Below are positions 1-11,358 of a stretch of 32,550 bases of DNA, in pieces. Source of the DNA: Malacoraja senta (Eukaryota); NCBI GenBank assembly GCA_038087875.1, contig JAXLNO010000143.1:186001-218550 (forward strand), written 5' to 3'. Position 1 is the first letter of the stretch, and each line of letters starts with the position of its first letter. The position numbers and the translations under genes were made by a program. Below the pieces are notes generated by a model. It did not search any database. It saw only the letters and a list, made by a program, of their open reading frames with translations, and was not told where the DNA came from.

Positions 1-504
1 GGCCTGCAGGCGGTCGACAAGTAGGAAGCGTGGAGGTTGGGAGGTGAAACTAGGGCAAGACTTGCACAGTAGATTGCAGGGTCCTGGAGATTGTGACAGA
101 AGTGAAACTTCCCCGACCTCAGTACAGAAAGTATGTGCGATCGCCAAGCCCTGTACATTTCAGTGGGGTGGGGCGGTTTGCAGGCAGCTTTACTCTCTCC
201 ACAGTTACTGCCTGACCTTCTGGGCGTTTCCAGATGTGCACAGCCCACAGACGGGGCAGCTGTGGTTGGGTTGTTCAATGGACAGCGAAATGAAACAGAT
301 GCTGCCCAGCACTGCACGCACAGACTGTGAACAAACTGCCCTCGGCTTCACGTTCAATCTGCAGAGTCGGTATTTATTGCACGGACACTTTCTTTTCAGC
401 ATCACATGTAATCAATGAACTGATCATTAACTTTAACCCAACGGGCAATTCAAAGCACAAGGCATTGGGCAGAGAGCGAGGGGTCGGAAACACAGCGTCA
501 AACT

Positions 505-651
505 CACGACTAAACTCCACCCCACGACTAAACTCCACCCCACGACTAAACTCCACCTCACGACTAAACTCCACCTCACGACTAAACTCCACCCCACGAC
601 TAAACTCCACCCCACGACTAAACTCCACCCCACGACTAAACTCCACCTCAC
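505..651. repeat. 18-bp tandem minisatellite (CACGACTAAACTCCACCC), about 8 copies
   Basis: Directly visible; explains the RLNSTP/VEFSRG repeat ORFs. Confidence 0.95.
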
Positions 652-659
652 ACCTAACC

Positions 660-960
660 CCCCTCCACTACTCGCCGCCTCTCTGCCGCTCCCGCTATTT
701 ATAGCCCCTCCCCCCCGGCCGTTGGCGGGTGGAAAAGGCGCCAAAAGCCATCGCGAGTCTCCCGTCTCCACCCATCCTCGCTTTCCCGCCGCTGAGGCAC
801 TTGGGCTCGACGGCAACTTCAGCTCGCGTGCGCTCCTTCCCCCCCCCGGCTCTCTCGGGCAGTGCGCCTGCGCAGCTCTCCGCGCTCGGCCCCTCCCCCC
901 AGCTGCGGAACAGCGAGGACAGCTCGAGCTCTCAGGGCTTGAGCTGTCCACGGGACTAAT
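660..960 (-). promoter_or_regulatory. CpG-rich promoter-like segment pointing leftward
   Basis: High GC/CpG; minus-strand TATAAATAG at 695-703 preceded by a G-rich GGGGAGGGG box; NRF1-like TGCGCAGGCGCA at about 863-874. No downstream gene identified. Confidence 0.4.
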
Positions 961-999
961 GAAATCATTAATAACCAGTGCGTCAGGGACTTGTGTGGC

Positions 1000-1320
1000 A
1001 GCTGCTGCAGTGATGCATCTCCTGCAATGCAGTTGAACCTTGCAGGGAAGCAGCTGCTGCAGTGGTGCATCTCCTGCAATGCAGTTGTATCTTGCAGTGG
1101 CGCAGCTGCTGCAGTGATGCGCCTCCTGCAATGCAGCTGTTGCAGGGGGCAGATATAGCAGCAGAGCGGGTGCTGCAGCGGAGTAGGTTCCTGCATTGAA
1201 GCCCCTCCTGCAGTGGAGCATCTCCTGCAGTGGAGCATCTCCTGCAGCTGCAGGGAAAGTTCAAGCCTCCACCATCTCCTCAGGCAGCGTGTTCCAGATT
1301 GCAACCACCCTCTGGGTGAG
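1000..1320. repeat. CTGCAG-rich degenerate tandem repeat
   Basis: Recurrent CTGCAGTGG/GCATCTCCTGCA units; related copy at about 3330-3590. Confidence 0.8.
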
Positions 1321-1894
1321 TTTAATCTCATCCACGTCCGTTTTATTGTTCTGTTAGTATAGTCTGGTCTGCAGTTCCTTGTTCCATCATCTTATTCTAA
1401 ATGCTGACTCCAAATACTACGTTTCCTCATCTGTTCTTGCCCCATCAGAGATATTATCCCCTTTGTTCCACCAATCCACCACAACCCCTCTCTACAACTG
1501 AAAACTTGTTTTTGTTGCTGTTTCCTACTCTGGTGAAGGGTCTCTGATCTGAAACTGAACTGTTTCTTTCTCCACAAATGCTGTCGAACCTGCCGAATGT
1601 TTTTTGAATTTTCTTCCATTTTTATTTCAGATTTTCAGCATCTGCGGTTCTTTGCTTTACACGTTCATTTTGATGTTGTGACCTGTCAACAATGAATCAA
1701 AGGAGATCAGATACGTGGTGTCGTAATCTACTGGGATTCAAGTAACTAGTAAGTGTTTCAATGGGAAGGTTCTGCCTACTCGGGATGGGACTCCATTTTA
1801 GTTTAGTTTAGAGATACAGCACGGAAACAGGCCCTTCAGCCCACCGAGTCCACGCCGACCAGCGATCCCCACACACTAACACTATCCCACACAC
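1140..1894 (+). repeat. Copy 1 of a local direct duplication (copy 2 at about 3378-4924)
   Basis: Near-identical sequence 1171-1384 vs 3393-3649 and 1385-1894 vs 4414-4924; copy 2 is interrupted by an LTR-like insert. Confidence 0.9.
1430..1660 (+). mobile_element. Penelope-like-element-derived fragment with degenerate hammerhead motif (duplicate at about 4460-4690)
   Basis: CTGGTGAAGGGTCTCTGATCTGAAAC at 1530-1555, followed by ...ATGCTG...CAGCATCTGC, similar to the repeats at 30100-30930. Confidence 0.5.
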
Positions 1895-1915
1895 ACTAGG
1901 GACAATTTACACTGA
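1796..1915 (-). mobile_element. HE1/HER1-type SINE 3' tail fragment (duplicate at 4826-4924)
   Basis: (TTTAG)n tail followed by AGATACAGC..GGAAACAGGCCCTTC.GCCCA, the same tail seen on the CR1 3' ends at 17900, 22320 and 26045. Confidence 0.7.
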
Positions 1916-3649
1916 AACCAAGTAGACCGTGGGCCAAGGTGCTTTTTCGTTTCATTTTGTGACCCAAATTATGTATTTACCTGTATTTGTAACATATTAT
2001 GTAAACAAATTATATAAATCATACCTGCAAGTGGGCAAGAACAAAACCTGCACATATTTTTAAAATATCAGAAAAACCTTAAAAGGAGGCCTAAAGATTC
2101 TGAATCTTTGGGGCAAAAAAGTGACACATCAGCTCTGCTTTGGAGAAGCACAGACTAGATCTCAATAGTTTGGAAATGTTGGATATATCTAATGTAATTG
2201 AGTTTAAAATAAGCAACATATAAAAGTAAAAATTAGGAAAAGTTAATTTCCACTTAATGAATAACACATTTGGAAAAATATATTCAGGTTTTCCACCACT
2301 CCAAAGTTAAGAATATAATCTCCCTGGCAACAGATTCCATAGGCTAACGGCCAAATTGATTAGAATCAATTTTATTTGAAAAACTGCATTTAATATTTCA
2401 AACAGATTTAAATTACGTTGTGGATTTTTTGTCAGAAGTTTAGGTGTCCAATCCTCATCTGAGTCGCTGGATTCATAAACTTGGGTTTGATGCTTTCTGC
2501 TCCGATTTGTCATGAATTCTGGCTTTGGTACATTTAATCCTGTGAAAAATAAAACATGCTCATCATCTGTTATGGCCAACTTCAGGTATTTATCTTCATT
2601 GAACTTACCCGTGCAAAATATCTGTGGAAACATCACTTTGTAATATTATCGTTATTACTATTTCCTCCAGAGTATTCATGCTATTATTCAATTGATCATG
2701 TCTACTTGACGAATACAGCAAACAACCTAAAAATTATTTTTCAGAATTAAAGAATAATCAACCAGCATGAAGAATATGACGGATGAGTATGTGTCTATTT
2801 CCAGGTCAGAAATCGCAATGACCAATCTTTCAGTTTCACACATCTGTGTGGTAAGTGAAATAGATCAGAATCCTTCTTTCTATTCCTCCAGGTTTAAAGT
2901 AATGGCTCATTCTTGCTGCCTGTACTGGCAGTGACACTTTGTGCCATGGTTGAGTAAATGGATTGAATAATGAACAACCAGGACCATCCACCTCTTCATC
3001 AATGGGAACATTGACCTTTGTTCAATCTCTGATTTCAGGACTGTAACTAGTACAACATTAAAAAGCATAACTGGTCCCAATGTCTGTGGGTTTGTGTTGT
3101 CCATGGTCACCATCTTCTGAATGACATCAAGCTTTGGTATTGATTGTAAAGTTAGTCCAATTTGAGATCACTGATGGGAATTTTTGAATATTGGTGAGGA
3201 ACCTTACCAGGAGGAAATAGTCATCAGAAGCAAAACTGTACATATCCTGCTGCCAATAATCAGTGACTAATCACAAGTCTGCTGGGTGTGCTCATTTCAT
3301 CACGTGGAATTAAAAATAAGGCATTACAATGGAGCTGCTGCCGTTACAATGGACATGTTGTTGCAGTGGAGCAGATATTGCAGGGGAGCAGATGCTGCAG
3401 TGGAGCAGGTTCCTGCATTGAAGCCCCTCCTGCTGTGGAGCAGCCACTGCCGCAGTGGAGCTCTCGCTGCTGCTGCAGTGGAGCATCTCCTGCAGTGGAG
3501 CATCTCCTGCAGCTGCAGGGAAAGTCCAAGCCTCCACCATCTCCACAGGCAGAGTGTCCCAGATTGCAACCACCCTGCGGGTGAGTTTAATCTCATCCAC
3601 GTCCGCTTTATTGTTCTGTTAGTATAGTCTGGTCTGCAGTTCCTTGTTC

Positions 3650-4409
3650 TATTATTATTGGCCAAATTAGAGATGTCACAAAATGGAGGATCTTTGCATT
3701 GGCCTCTTTCTGTGAAAAGTTTCAAGCTGCAAGTCACAGCTTCAAAGACTCTGGACCAGAGATGGAAGTCAAGGATAAGGTGAGGTCCAGATGTCCATTT
3801 CTTTGTTAAAATGTTGATGACTTTGCAGAAGAGCTCAGAGGTGCATGGTCAGGATTGGTCAGATAAGGTGGAGTTGTAAATACTGTTAATTATGTTGCAG
3901 AGTGTTTGTTCTGTTATCTTGTGATTTGTTAAAGTGTGAAGCCTTGTTCAGATTGTTTGGGGAAATGTTTCTATACCTATGTAAACTATGTCAACGGAGT
4001 CCCTGCTAGAACTTTCTGTTGAAACAATGTAATGGGATACTTTGTGATTGGGTTAGGGAACTGTCAATAACTGTATAATGTAATTGATATTTGTGATTGG
4101 TTTGTAGGGGCTGCCACCCCCATTTAGTTTCGCGCACAAGGTCCGATGACCTATAAAAGGGTGAACCCCACATGGATCGGAGTCGATCTTCTGGAGGTTC
4201 AGTTGGGACTGTGTGACTGTCTGGAGGTGTCTGCTCGCATGAGGCTGAAGGGCTTGAACGAGTAGAGACAAGGATCGGACCCGCGGTGGTTAGGTATCGT
4301 ATAGGAAGTTTGTGATTGTTGGGGAGAATAAAGAATAGTTGATTCAGTGCTTGACTCAGTGTTTTACTGAACTAGACTAAGGGGGGTAAGGTGTAGGAGC
4401 ATAATTACA
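3650..4409 (+). mobile_element. Solo LTR (760 bp)
   Basis: Absent from the paralogous copy (single GTTC at 1381-1384); flanked by 4-bp GTTC/GTCC; ends TATTATTAT...ATAATTACA (imperfect IR, CA end); TATAAAA at 4152-4158; AATAAA at 4327-4332; ATTGG boxes upstream. Confidence 0.7.
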
Positions 4410-4927
4410 GTCCCATCATCTTATTCTAAATGCTGACTCCAAATACTACATTTCCTCATCTGTTCTTGCACCATCAGAGATATTATCCCCTTTGTTCCAC
4501 CAATCCACCACAACCCCTCTCTACGCGAAAAACAACTTGTTTTTGTTGCTGTTTCCTACTCTGGTGAAGGGTCTCTGATCTGAAACTGAACCGTTTCTTT
4601 CTCCACAAATGCTGTCTAACCTGCTGAATGTTTTTTTAATTTTCTTCCATTTTTATTTCAGATTTTCAGCACCTGCGGTTCTTTGCTTTACACGTTGATT
4701 TTGATGTTGTGACCTGCCAACAATGAACCAAAGGAGATCAGATACGTGGTGTCGTAATCTACGGGGATTCAAGTAACTAGTAAGTGTTTCAATGGGAAGG
4801 TTCTGCCTACGCGGGATGGGACTCCTTTTTAGTTTAGTTTAGAGATACAGCGTGGAAACAGGCCCTTCAGCCCACCGAGTCCACGCCGACCAGCGATCAC
4901 CACACACTAACACTATCCTACACAGAA

Positions 4928-6095
4928 ACAGAGACATGGCTGCAAGAGGGCCAGGGCTGGGAACTGAATATTCAAGGGTATACCTCCTAATCGAAAAGAC
5001 AGACAGGTGGGCAGAAGGGGTGGGGTAGCTCTGTTGGTGAGGAATGAAATTCAGTCCCTTGCAAGGGGGGACATTGAAACAGGAGATGTGGAGTCAGTAT
5101 GGATAGAACTAAGGAAGAGTAAGGGTAAAAAGACCCTAGTGGGACTTATCTACAGGCCCCCAAACAGTAGCCTGGACATAGGGTGCAAGTTGAATCAGCA
5201 GTAAAAATTGTCATGTAGCAAAGGTAATGCTGTGGTTGTTATGGGAGATTTCAACATGCAAGTAGACTGGGAATAGCAGGTTGGTACTGGACCCCAAGAA
5301 AGGGACTTTGTGGAGTGCCTTTGTGATGGATTCTTAGAGCAGCTTGTATTGGAGTCTACCAGGGAGAAGATAATTCTGGATTTAGTGTTATGTAATGAAC
5401 CTGATCTGATAAAGGAACTTGAGGTTAATGAGCCATTAGGAGGTAGTGACCATAATATGGTCAGGTTTAATCTACAGTTGGAGAGGGAGAAGGGTAGATC
5501 GGAGATGTCGGTGTTACAGTTGAATAAAGGGGACTAGGGGAGCCATGAGGGAGGAGCTGGCCAAAGTTGACTGGAAAGATACATTAACAGGGATGACAGT
5601 GGAACACAAATGGCAGGTATTTCTAGGAATAATACAGAAGGTGCAGGATCAGTTCATTCCTAGCAGGAAGAAAGATTCCAAAGGGGAGAAAGGGGCGACC
5701 GTGGCTGACAAGGGACATCAAGGACAGTATAAACATGAAAGAGAAGAAGTACAACGTAGCAAAGATGAGCGGGAAGCAAGATGATTGGGTAATGTTTAAA
5801 GAGCAACAGAAGATAACAAAAGACAATACGGGGAGAAAAAGATGAGGTACAAAGGTAAGCTAGCCAAGAATATAAAGCAGGATAGAAAAAGTTTATTTAG
5901 TATGTAAAGAGGATAAAAATTAGTTAAGATCAAAGTTGGACGCTTGAAGACCGAAAAAGGTGAATTTATTATGGGGAACAAGGAAATGGCAGATGAGTTG
6001 AACAGGTACTTTGGATCCGTCTTCACTAAGGAGGACACAAACAATCTTCTGATATAGTAGTGGCCAGAGGATCTGGGCTAACAGAGGAACGGAAG
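4928..6095 (+). mobile_element. CR1 LINE ORF2, APE endonuclease region (degraded), outer element part 1
   Basis: TETWL, RRGGVALLV, GLIYRPPNS, MGDFN, ILDLVLCN and GSDHN motifs, with stops and frameshifts. Confidence 0.92.
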
Positions 6096-7000
6096 TGGCA
6101 GTGTGAGCTGTGAAGAGGATGTTAGTAGGTTGCAGGGTGACCTGGACAGGTTGAGTGAGTGGGCAGATGCGTGGCAGATGCAGTATAATATAGATAAATG
6201 TGAGGTTATCCACTTTGGCGGCAAAAACAAGGGGGCAGATCATTATCTCAATGGGGTTAGGTTAGGTAAGGGGGAGGTGCAGCGAGACCTGGGCGTCCTT
6301 GTACACCGGTCACTGAAAGTCGGCGTGCAGGTACAGCAGGCAGTGAAGAAAGATAATGGAATGTTGGCCTTCATAACAAGAGGATGTCAGTATAGGAGTA
6401 AAGAGGTTCTTCTGCAGTTGTATAGGGCTCTGGTGAGACCACATCTGGAGTATTGTGTACAGTTTGGTCTCCTAATTTGAGGAAGGACATCATAGTGATT
6501 GAAACAGTGCAGCGTAGGTTCACCAGAAAGATCCCTGGGATGGCAGGACTGTCATATGAGGAAAGATTGAAAAGACTTGGATTGTATTCACTGGAGTTTA
6601 GAAGGATAAGGGGGGTCTTATAGAAACATATAAAATTATAAAAGGACTGGACAAGTTAGATGCAGAAAAAATGTTCCCAATGTTGGGCGAGTCCAGAACC
6701 AGGGGCCACAGTCTTATAATAAAGGGGAGGTCATTAAGACTGAGGTGAGAAAAAACGTTTTCACCCAGAGAGTTGTGAATTTATGTAATTCCCTGCCACA
6801 GAGGGCAGTGGAGGCCAAGTCACTGGATGGATTTAAGAGAGAGTTAGATATAACTCTAGGGGCTAGTGGATTCAAGGGATATGGGGAGAAGGCAGGCATG
6901 GGTTATTGATAGGGGACAATCAGTCATGATCACAATGAATGGCGGTGCTGGCTCGAAGGGCCGAATGGCCTCCTCCTGCATCTATTTTCTATGTTTCTAT
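6096..7000 (+). mobile_element. 5'-truncated CR1 LINE (RT C-terminus plus 3' UTR) nested in another CR1
   Basis: LQGDLDRLSEWADAWQMQYNIDKCEVIHFG, LYRALVRPHLEYCVQF; ends in a TTCTATGTTTCTAT tail; flanked by GAAG (6092-6095 and 7001-7004). Confidence 0.9.
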
Positions 7001-7267
7001 GAAGGAAATCCACATTAGGCAGGTAATGATGTTGGGTAGACTGATGGGACTGAAGGCTGATAAATCTCCATGGCCTGATGGTCTGCATACCACGGTACTT
7101 AAGGAAGTGACTCGAGAAATCGTGGATGCATTGGTGATAATTTTTCCAATGTTCTATAGACTCAGGATCAGTTCTGTGGATTGGAGGGTAGCTAATGTTA
7201 TGCCACTTTTTAAGAAAGGCGGGAAGGAGAAAACAGGGAATTATAGACCTGTTAGCCTGACATCAGT
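7001..7267 (+). mobile_element. CR1 ORF2 outer element part 2 (pre-RT region)
   Basis: KADKSPWPDGLH...WRVANVMPLFKKGGKEKTGNYRPVSLTSV continues the element interrupted at 6095. Confidence 0.9.
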
Positions 7268-7370
7268 TAACCTCATTCAAATGGGCAGAGGATAGGTTTC
7301 GCTATCCCGGCGTTTTTATCACAATACCCTTATCTGATATGTTCCGCACAAACTTTCTGCCTCTGGTTGA

Positions 7371-7857
7371 GTGTTACGACTCCCCGAAAGCAGGCAATCC
7401 AGAGCCGCGTAACACAGTTCAAAAGCCAGGTATAAGTTCAAAAATAGTTTAATTATTTAATAACACACCAAAACTCCAACCTGATTTAAACAACCCAGAC
7501 AAGGATATGAATGAATTAACAAACAACTTAAAATTGCCCAGGCCAGCCACGCGATGGACCGTCGAACCCGAGGCTCTAAACCTGCCTAAAAGAAAGATAT
7601 CCCTGAAACAAAAGACCGATAACGTCTAAGGACAGCCCAATTCAATATTTGGTACTACTTAATGTGGAAATTACACGAAATTCAGTGCCATGTGGCCCAG
7701 GCATTCACAGCTCACACCAGCACAACCTCACGAGCAGGGTCGTCGTCGAAAAAGAGAGGATTCTGGGAACTCTTCTATTTATACTGGGGATGAGTCACCG
7801 TCACCTGATGCAGCTCAGCCAATCGGGTACAGGAGCCTCTTAACCCCTTATTGTCCC
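7371..7857 (-). mobile_element. Possible truncated LTR-like fragment
   Basis: Minus-strand order: CCAAT box (about 7819), TGACTCA (about 7790), TATAAAT (about 7777-7783), ATTAAA (about 7448), ending ...CGTAACA; cut at 7858 by a P-type terminus. Confidence 0.35.
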
Positions 7858-7890
7858 CAAAGATACTAGAGGAGCAAGATAGACCACTCC
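7858..7890 (+). mobile_element. P-type terminal inverted repeat, left end (CAAAGATACTAGAGGAGCAAGATAGACCACTC)
   Basis: Imperfect inverse of the 16794-16827 and 21162-21195 ends; first 18 nt identical to one half of the footprint at 16111-16146. Confidence 0.7.
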
Positions 7891-7992
7891 TCCGAAATCC
7901 AATGGACTGACGTGTAGTATGCAATGGAACGTCACGGCCGCCATTTTCTAATGCAAAACGCGACTTCCGGTTTGCCTCCCGCTGCTTTGATC

Positions 7993-8057
7993 CAAAGATT
8001 ATATAGCGGAGCGGAGCGCCTCTAGTATCTTTGGTGTAATCCGCTCTATCATCCTTG
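7993..8057. mobile_element. Cluster of fused P-type terminal remnants
   Basis: CAAAGATTATATAGCGGA...CCTCTAGTATCTTTG (7993-8033), then GTGTAATC, a 16-nt terminus remnant ending CCTTG (8057), then GTGTAACC. Confidence 0.6.
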
Positions 8058-8494
8058 GTGTAACCAGTGTAATTAGTGTTGTAGGGAACAGTGTTTGATA
8101 TAGCGCATCTATCACCTCACATATTTTAGTTAATTTTATTGTAAATGTTTTCCCCGTTCCCCCATTTCCCTCCCATCTTTCCTCCCTAGCCGCCACCTTT
8201 GCGTAGTTTCCTTTGCATTGTATTGTGCAGCTTCCTTGTATTGCTAACACACACTGTGCACAAAATTAAATGTAACTTATATATATATTTATATGAATGT
8301 GTGTTTGTGTGTGAGAGGCAAGTTAAGGGTCTGTCCCACCAGCAATGCAATTGCATGCGTCCAGCGCGAACAAACGTGGTCGCTTGTTTTTTTAAATGTG
8401 CTATATAAATAAAAGTGACTTGACTTGACATATTTCTCTAGTTTCTTTCTTCAGATTTCCTCTAATTTGTTTAGCAATCTTTTTCCTTCAATCT

Positions 8495-8680
8495 CTGTGT
8501 GTATGTATATATATATTTGTGTGTGTGTATCACTATATACACACACACATATATATCACTATATATATATATATATCACAATATATATTACAATAAGTGT
8601 GTATATACATATATATACACATACATATTAGTATGTATACATATATATATACACACACACATATATATAAAATATATATG
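8495..8680. repeat. (TA/CA/TG) compound microsatellite
   Basis: Directly visible. Confidence 0.95.
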
Positions 8681-8825
8681 AAATCCTAATATTGTGAATA
8701 AAATATCCATGACATGAACACAATGTCGAAATATTTTTCCATTCTTTCATTCTATATTAGCGTAACACAATGTAGTGCATACATCCTTACATATTTAAAT
8801 TCAGTCGATAAGTTGGTCAAATAAT

Positions 8826-9200
8826 ATAGATAGATATAGATAGATAGATATGCCTTTATTGTCATTCAGACTGAAGTCTGGACGAAATTGCAGCAGTCAT
8901 ACATATAATACAATAAAAACAACAATAAACACATATTAACATCCACCACAGTGAGTCCACCCAGCATCTCCTCACTGTGATGGAGGCAAAAGTCTTAGGT
9001 CTGCAGTCTCTTCCCTCCTCTTCTCCCTCTGCGCTGAGGCGATACCCCCTGGGCGATGTTATAACAGTCCCGCGGCTCAACACCGCGGCCCGGGGTGGTC
9101 GAAGCTGCCGCCCACCAGTCCTGCAGACGTAGCCGCTGGCCCGCGGCCGAACCCCGGACTCAGGCCACCACCTCCAGAACACCGTCCCAGCCACCCTCTT
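8826..9200 (-). mobile_element. Non-autonomous retroposon 3' end with Rex1-like tail
   Basis: (ATAG)n followed by CTTTATTGTCAT, the inverse of the ATGACAATAAA tail of the LINE ending near 12330. Confidence 0.45.
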
Positions 9201-9202
9201 CC

Positions 9203-9600
9203 CCGGGCCGGGCTGCCCCAACCTGGGCGTCGCTTCTCCCTCCGGCCGGGCCGCCCCGACTTGGGCGTCGCTTCTCCCCCCGACCGGGCCGCCCCAACTT
9301 GGGCGTCGCTTCTCCCCCCGACCGGGCTGCCCCGACTTGGGCGTCGCTTCTCCCCCCGATCGGGCCGTCCCGACTTGGGCGTCGCTTCTCCCCCCGACCG
9401 GGCCGCCCCGACTTGGGCGTCGCTTCTCCCCCCGACCGGGCCGCCCCGACTTGGGCGTCGCTTCTCCCCCGACCGGGCCGCCCCAACTTGGGCGTCGCTT
9501 CTCCCCCCGACCGGGCCGCCCCGACTTGGGCGTCGCTTCTCCCTCCGGCCGGGCCGCCCCGACTTGGGCGTCGCTTCTCCCCCCGACCGGGCCGCCCCAA
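9203..9600. repeat. GC-rich minisatellite, about 39-bp unit (CCGACCGGGCCGCCCCGACTTGGGCGTCGCTTCTCCCC), about 10 copies
   Basis: Directly visible; source of the overlapping repeat ORFs at 9077-9667. Confidence 0.93.
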
Positions 9601-10204
9601 TATGGGGACCTTCTTGCTTTTTTCGAGACATGGATTTTAAAAACTTGAATGTCTCATAACGATACATTCGTGGTCAGCAGTATTTTGCACCAACCCCCAC
9701 AATTTCAAATAATTCTAAATTGAACTTCATAAACAAGGAAAACACTTTTTATTTACATCATTTTGTGCGCGACATATACAGGGTTGCAGTGTTTTGCATA
9801 TCAGCTAATCAATAAAATTGATGTCAAATTCAACATATTTCAAACAAAGGACAACATTCCAACTTATATACAATAACTAGACTAAGTTGGGTCCCAGCAT
9901 CACACGGGAGGGCTGGTCACCCAATGCAATATTCCACCTCTCCACCAATTCCAATATTGCTGGCCAGTGGGGGGGGGGGGGTCTGTTGCGCTAGTATGGG
10001 TGTTGTGCGCCGAAGGGACTTGTTTCCAGAGGGCTAGTATGGACATTGTGGGTCGAATGGATTCTTGGGCTGGCAGCTCAGTCACTGAGGCCTGGCAGTA
10101 CAGTCACTCAGACCTGGCAGGCTGGCAGCTGAGAAACTGCCAGAAATTCTGCCCAAAACAGGTGACAGACTGTGAGAGAAGGGGGAGAGGGTGGACTGAA
10201 TGGA

Positions 10205-10330
10205 TTATTGGCCTGGCAGTTCAGTCACTTACAGCTGGTGGGCTGGCAGTTCACTTACTCACGGCTCGTGGGTTGGCAGTTCTGTCACTGACGGCTGGTG
10301 GGCTGGCAGTGCAGTCACTGACGGCTGGGA
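10205..10330. repeat. 30-bp minisatellite (CTGGTGGGCTGGCAGTTCAGTCACTGACGG), about 4 copies
   Basis: Visible; LTAGGLAVQS periodicity. Confidence 0.85.
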
Positions 10331-10649
10331 ACCGATATTGCACCAACCCACTCAATTTTAAATAATTCATAATAGAGATCCATTAACATACTTCTCACTT
10401 TATTTCTGACATGCATGGTAAGATTTACATAATTCACATTATTCTGTGCGCAAGATATACAGAGTTGCAGTGTTAAGCATATCAGCCAACCAGTGAAAGT
10501 AATGTACAATTCAACGTATGTAACACAATGATAGCCCCACCCCTGCTTACACCAAAGACCAAAACGTCCAACGAAGATACAATAATAAATAATTGCCATT
10601 TGCATTGTTTTGTGCAGTTAAACAAATCACAATTTCACACAATGTACAT

Positions 10650-10990
10650 AAGACGGCAGTTATTTGACAAATACTCCGCAGTTCGGTGTAGATCATGTCC
10701 ACTGTCGACATCTGAAATTAAAGAAAATATCATGCAGTCAATATGTTCTTATTCTGCATTAAATAACAGAGAGGCAGAAAGAAAATGCTCTTTAGGTGAA
10801 GATTTTTAAAAGGATGTTGCCATGAGGACTCGACTATCTGAGATCAATGATCTACAGTGAGAGATTGAACAGGCTAAATTAAAATGTCAATATGCCACAG
10901 AAGTAATAAATGTTTTCTTACCTTTCCTCCTTAATGGGGAACCTGAAGAAAGACAAGTCGGGTTGCCTACATTGCCGATTGTTTTTCTCA
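10650..10990 (-). pseudogene. Remnant of a second, diverged THAP/P-transposase gene (end of exon 1, short intron, start of exon 2)
   Basis: [21 protein letters not shown]|gtaag (donor about 10921); acceptor tttcag|ATGTCGACAGTGG at 10711; RTAEYLSNNCRL is homologous to exon 2 of the main element. Confidence 0.8.
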
Positions 10991-10997
10991 GGTCCAT

Positions 10998-11230
10998 CTG
11001 GAGCACACGGTATTGGGGGTAGGGTGTTGACATGGATAGAAAATTGGTTGGCAGACCGGAAGCAAAGAGTAGGAGTGAACGGGTCCTTTTCAGAATGGCA
11101 GGCAGCGGCGAGTGGAGTGCCGCAAGGCTCAGTGTTGGGGCCGCAACTGTTTACCATATATATTAATGATTTGGAAGAGGGAATTAGGAGCAACACTAGC
11201 AAGTTTGCGGATGACACAAAGCTGGGTGGC
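10998..11230 (+). mobile_element. CR1 reverse transcriptase core fragment
   Basis: [49 protein letters not shown]. Confidence 0.92.
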
Positions 11231-11358
11231 ATTTTCTGAAGAGTCTTTAAAAGTCAAGACAATTTGGCAAACACTTTGCAAGGAGCCAACACATTTTCTG
11301 AAGAGTCTTTAAAAGTCAAGAAATTTGGCAAACACATTGCAAGGAGCCAACACATTTT
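11231..11358. repeat. Tandem duplication of a 61-62 bp unit
   Basis: ATTTTCTGAAGAGTCTTTAAAAGTCAAG...GAGCCAACAC occurs at 11231 and 11293. Confidence 0.9.

Noticed and set aside
433..1331. Long ORFs over the GC-rich and CTGCAG region
   Set aside because: Low-complexity products of repeats with no recognisable domain.
1530..1560. Functional hammerhead ribozyme (also at 4561-4590)
   Set aside because: The core reads CUGGUGA rather than CUGANGA and no GUH follows GAAAC; degenerate.
9877..10345. Non-autonomous Helitron-like element (minus-strand CTAG|T end)
   Set aside because: No clear subterminal hairpin or 5' boundary visible.
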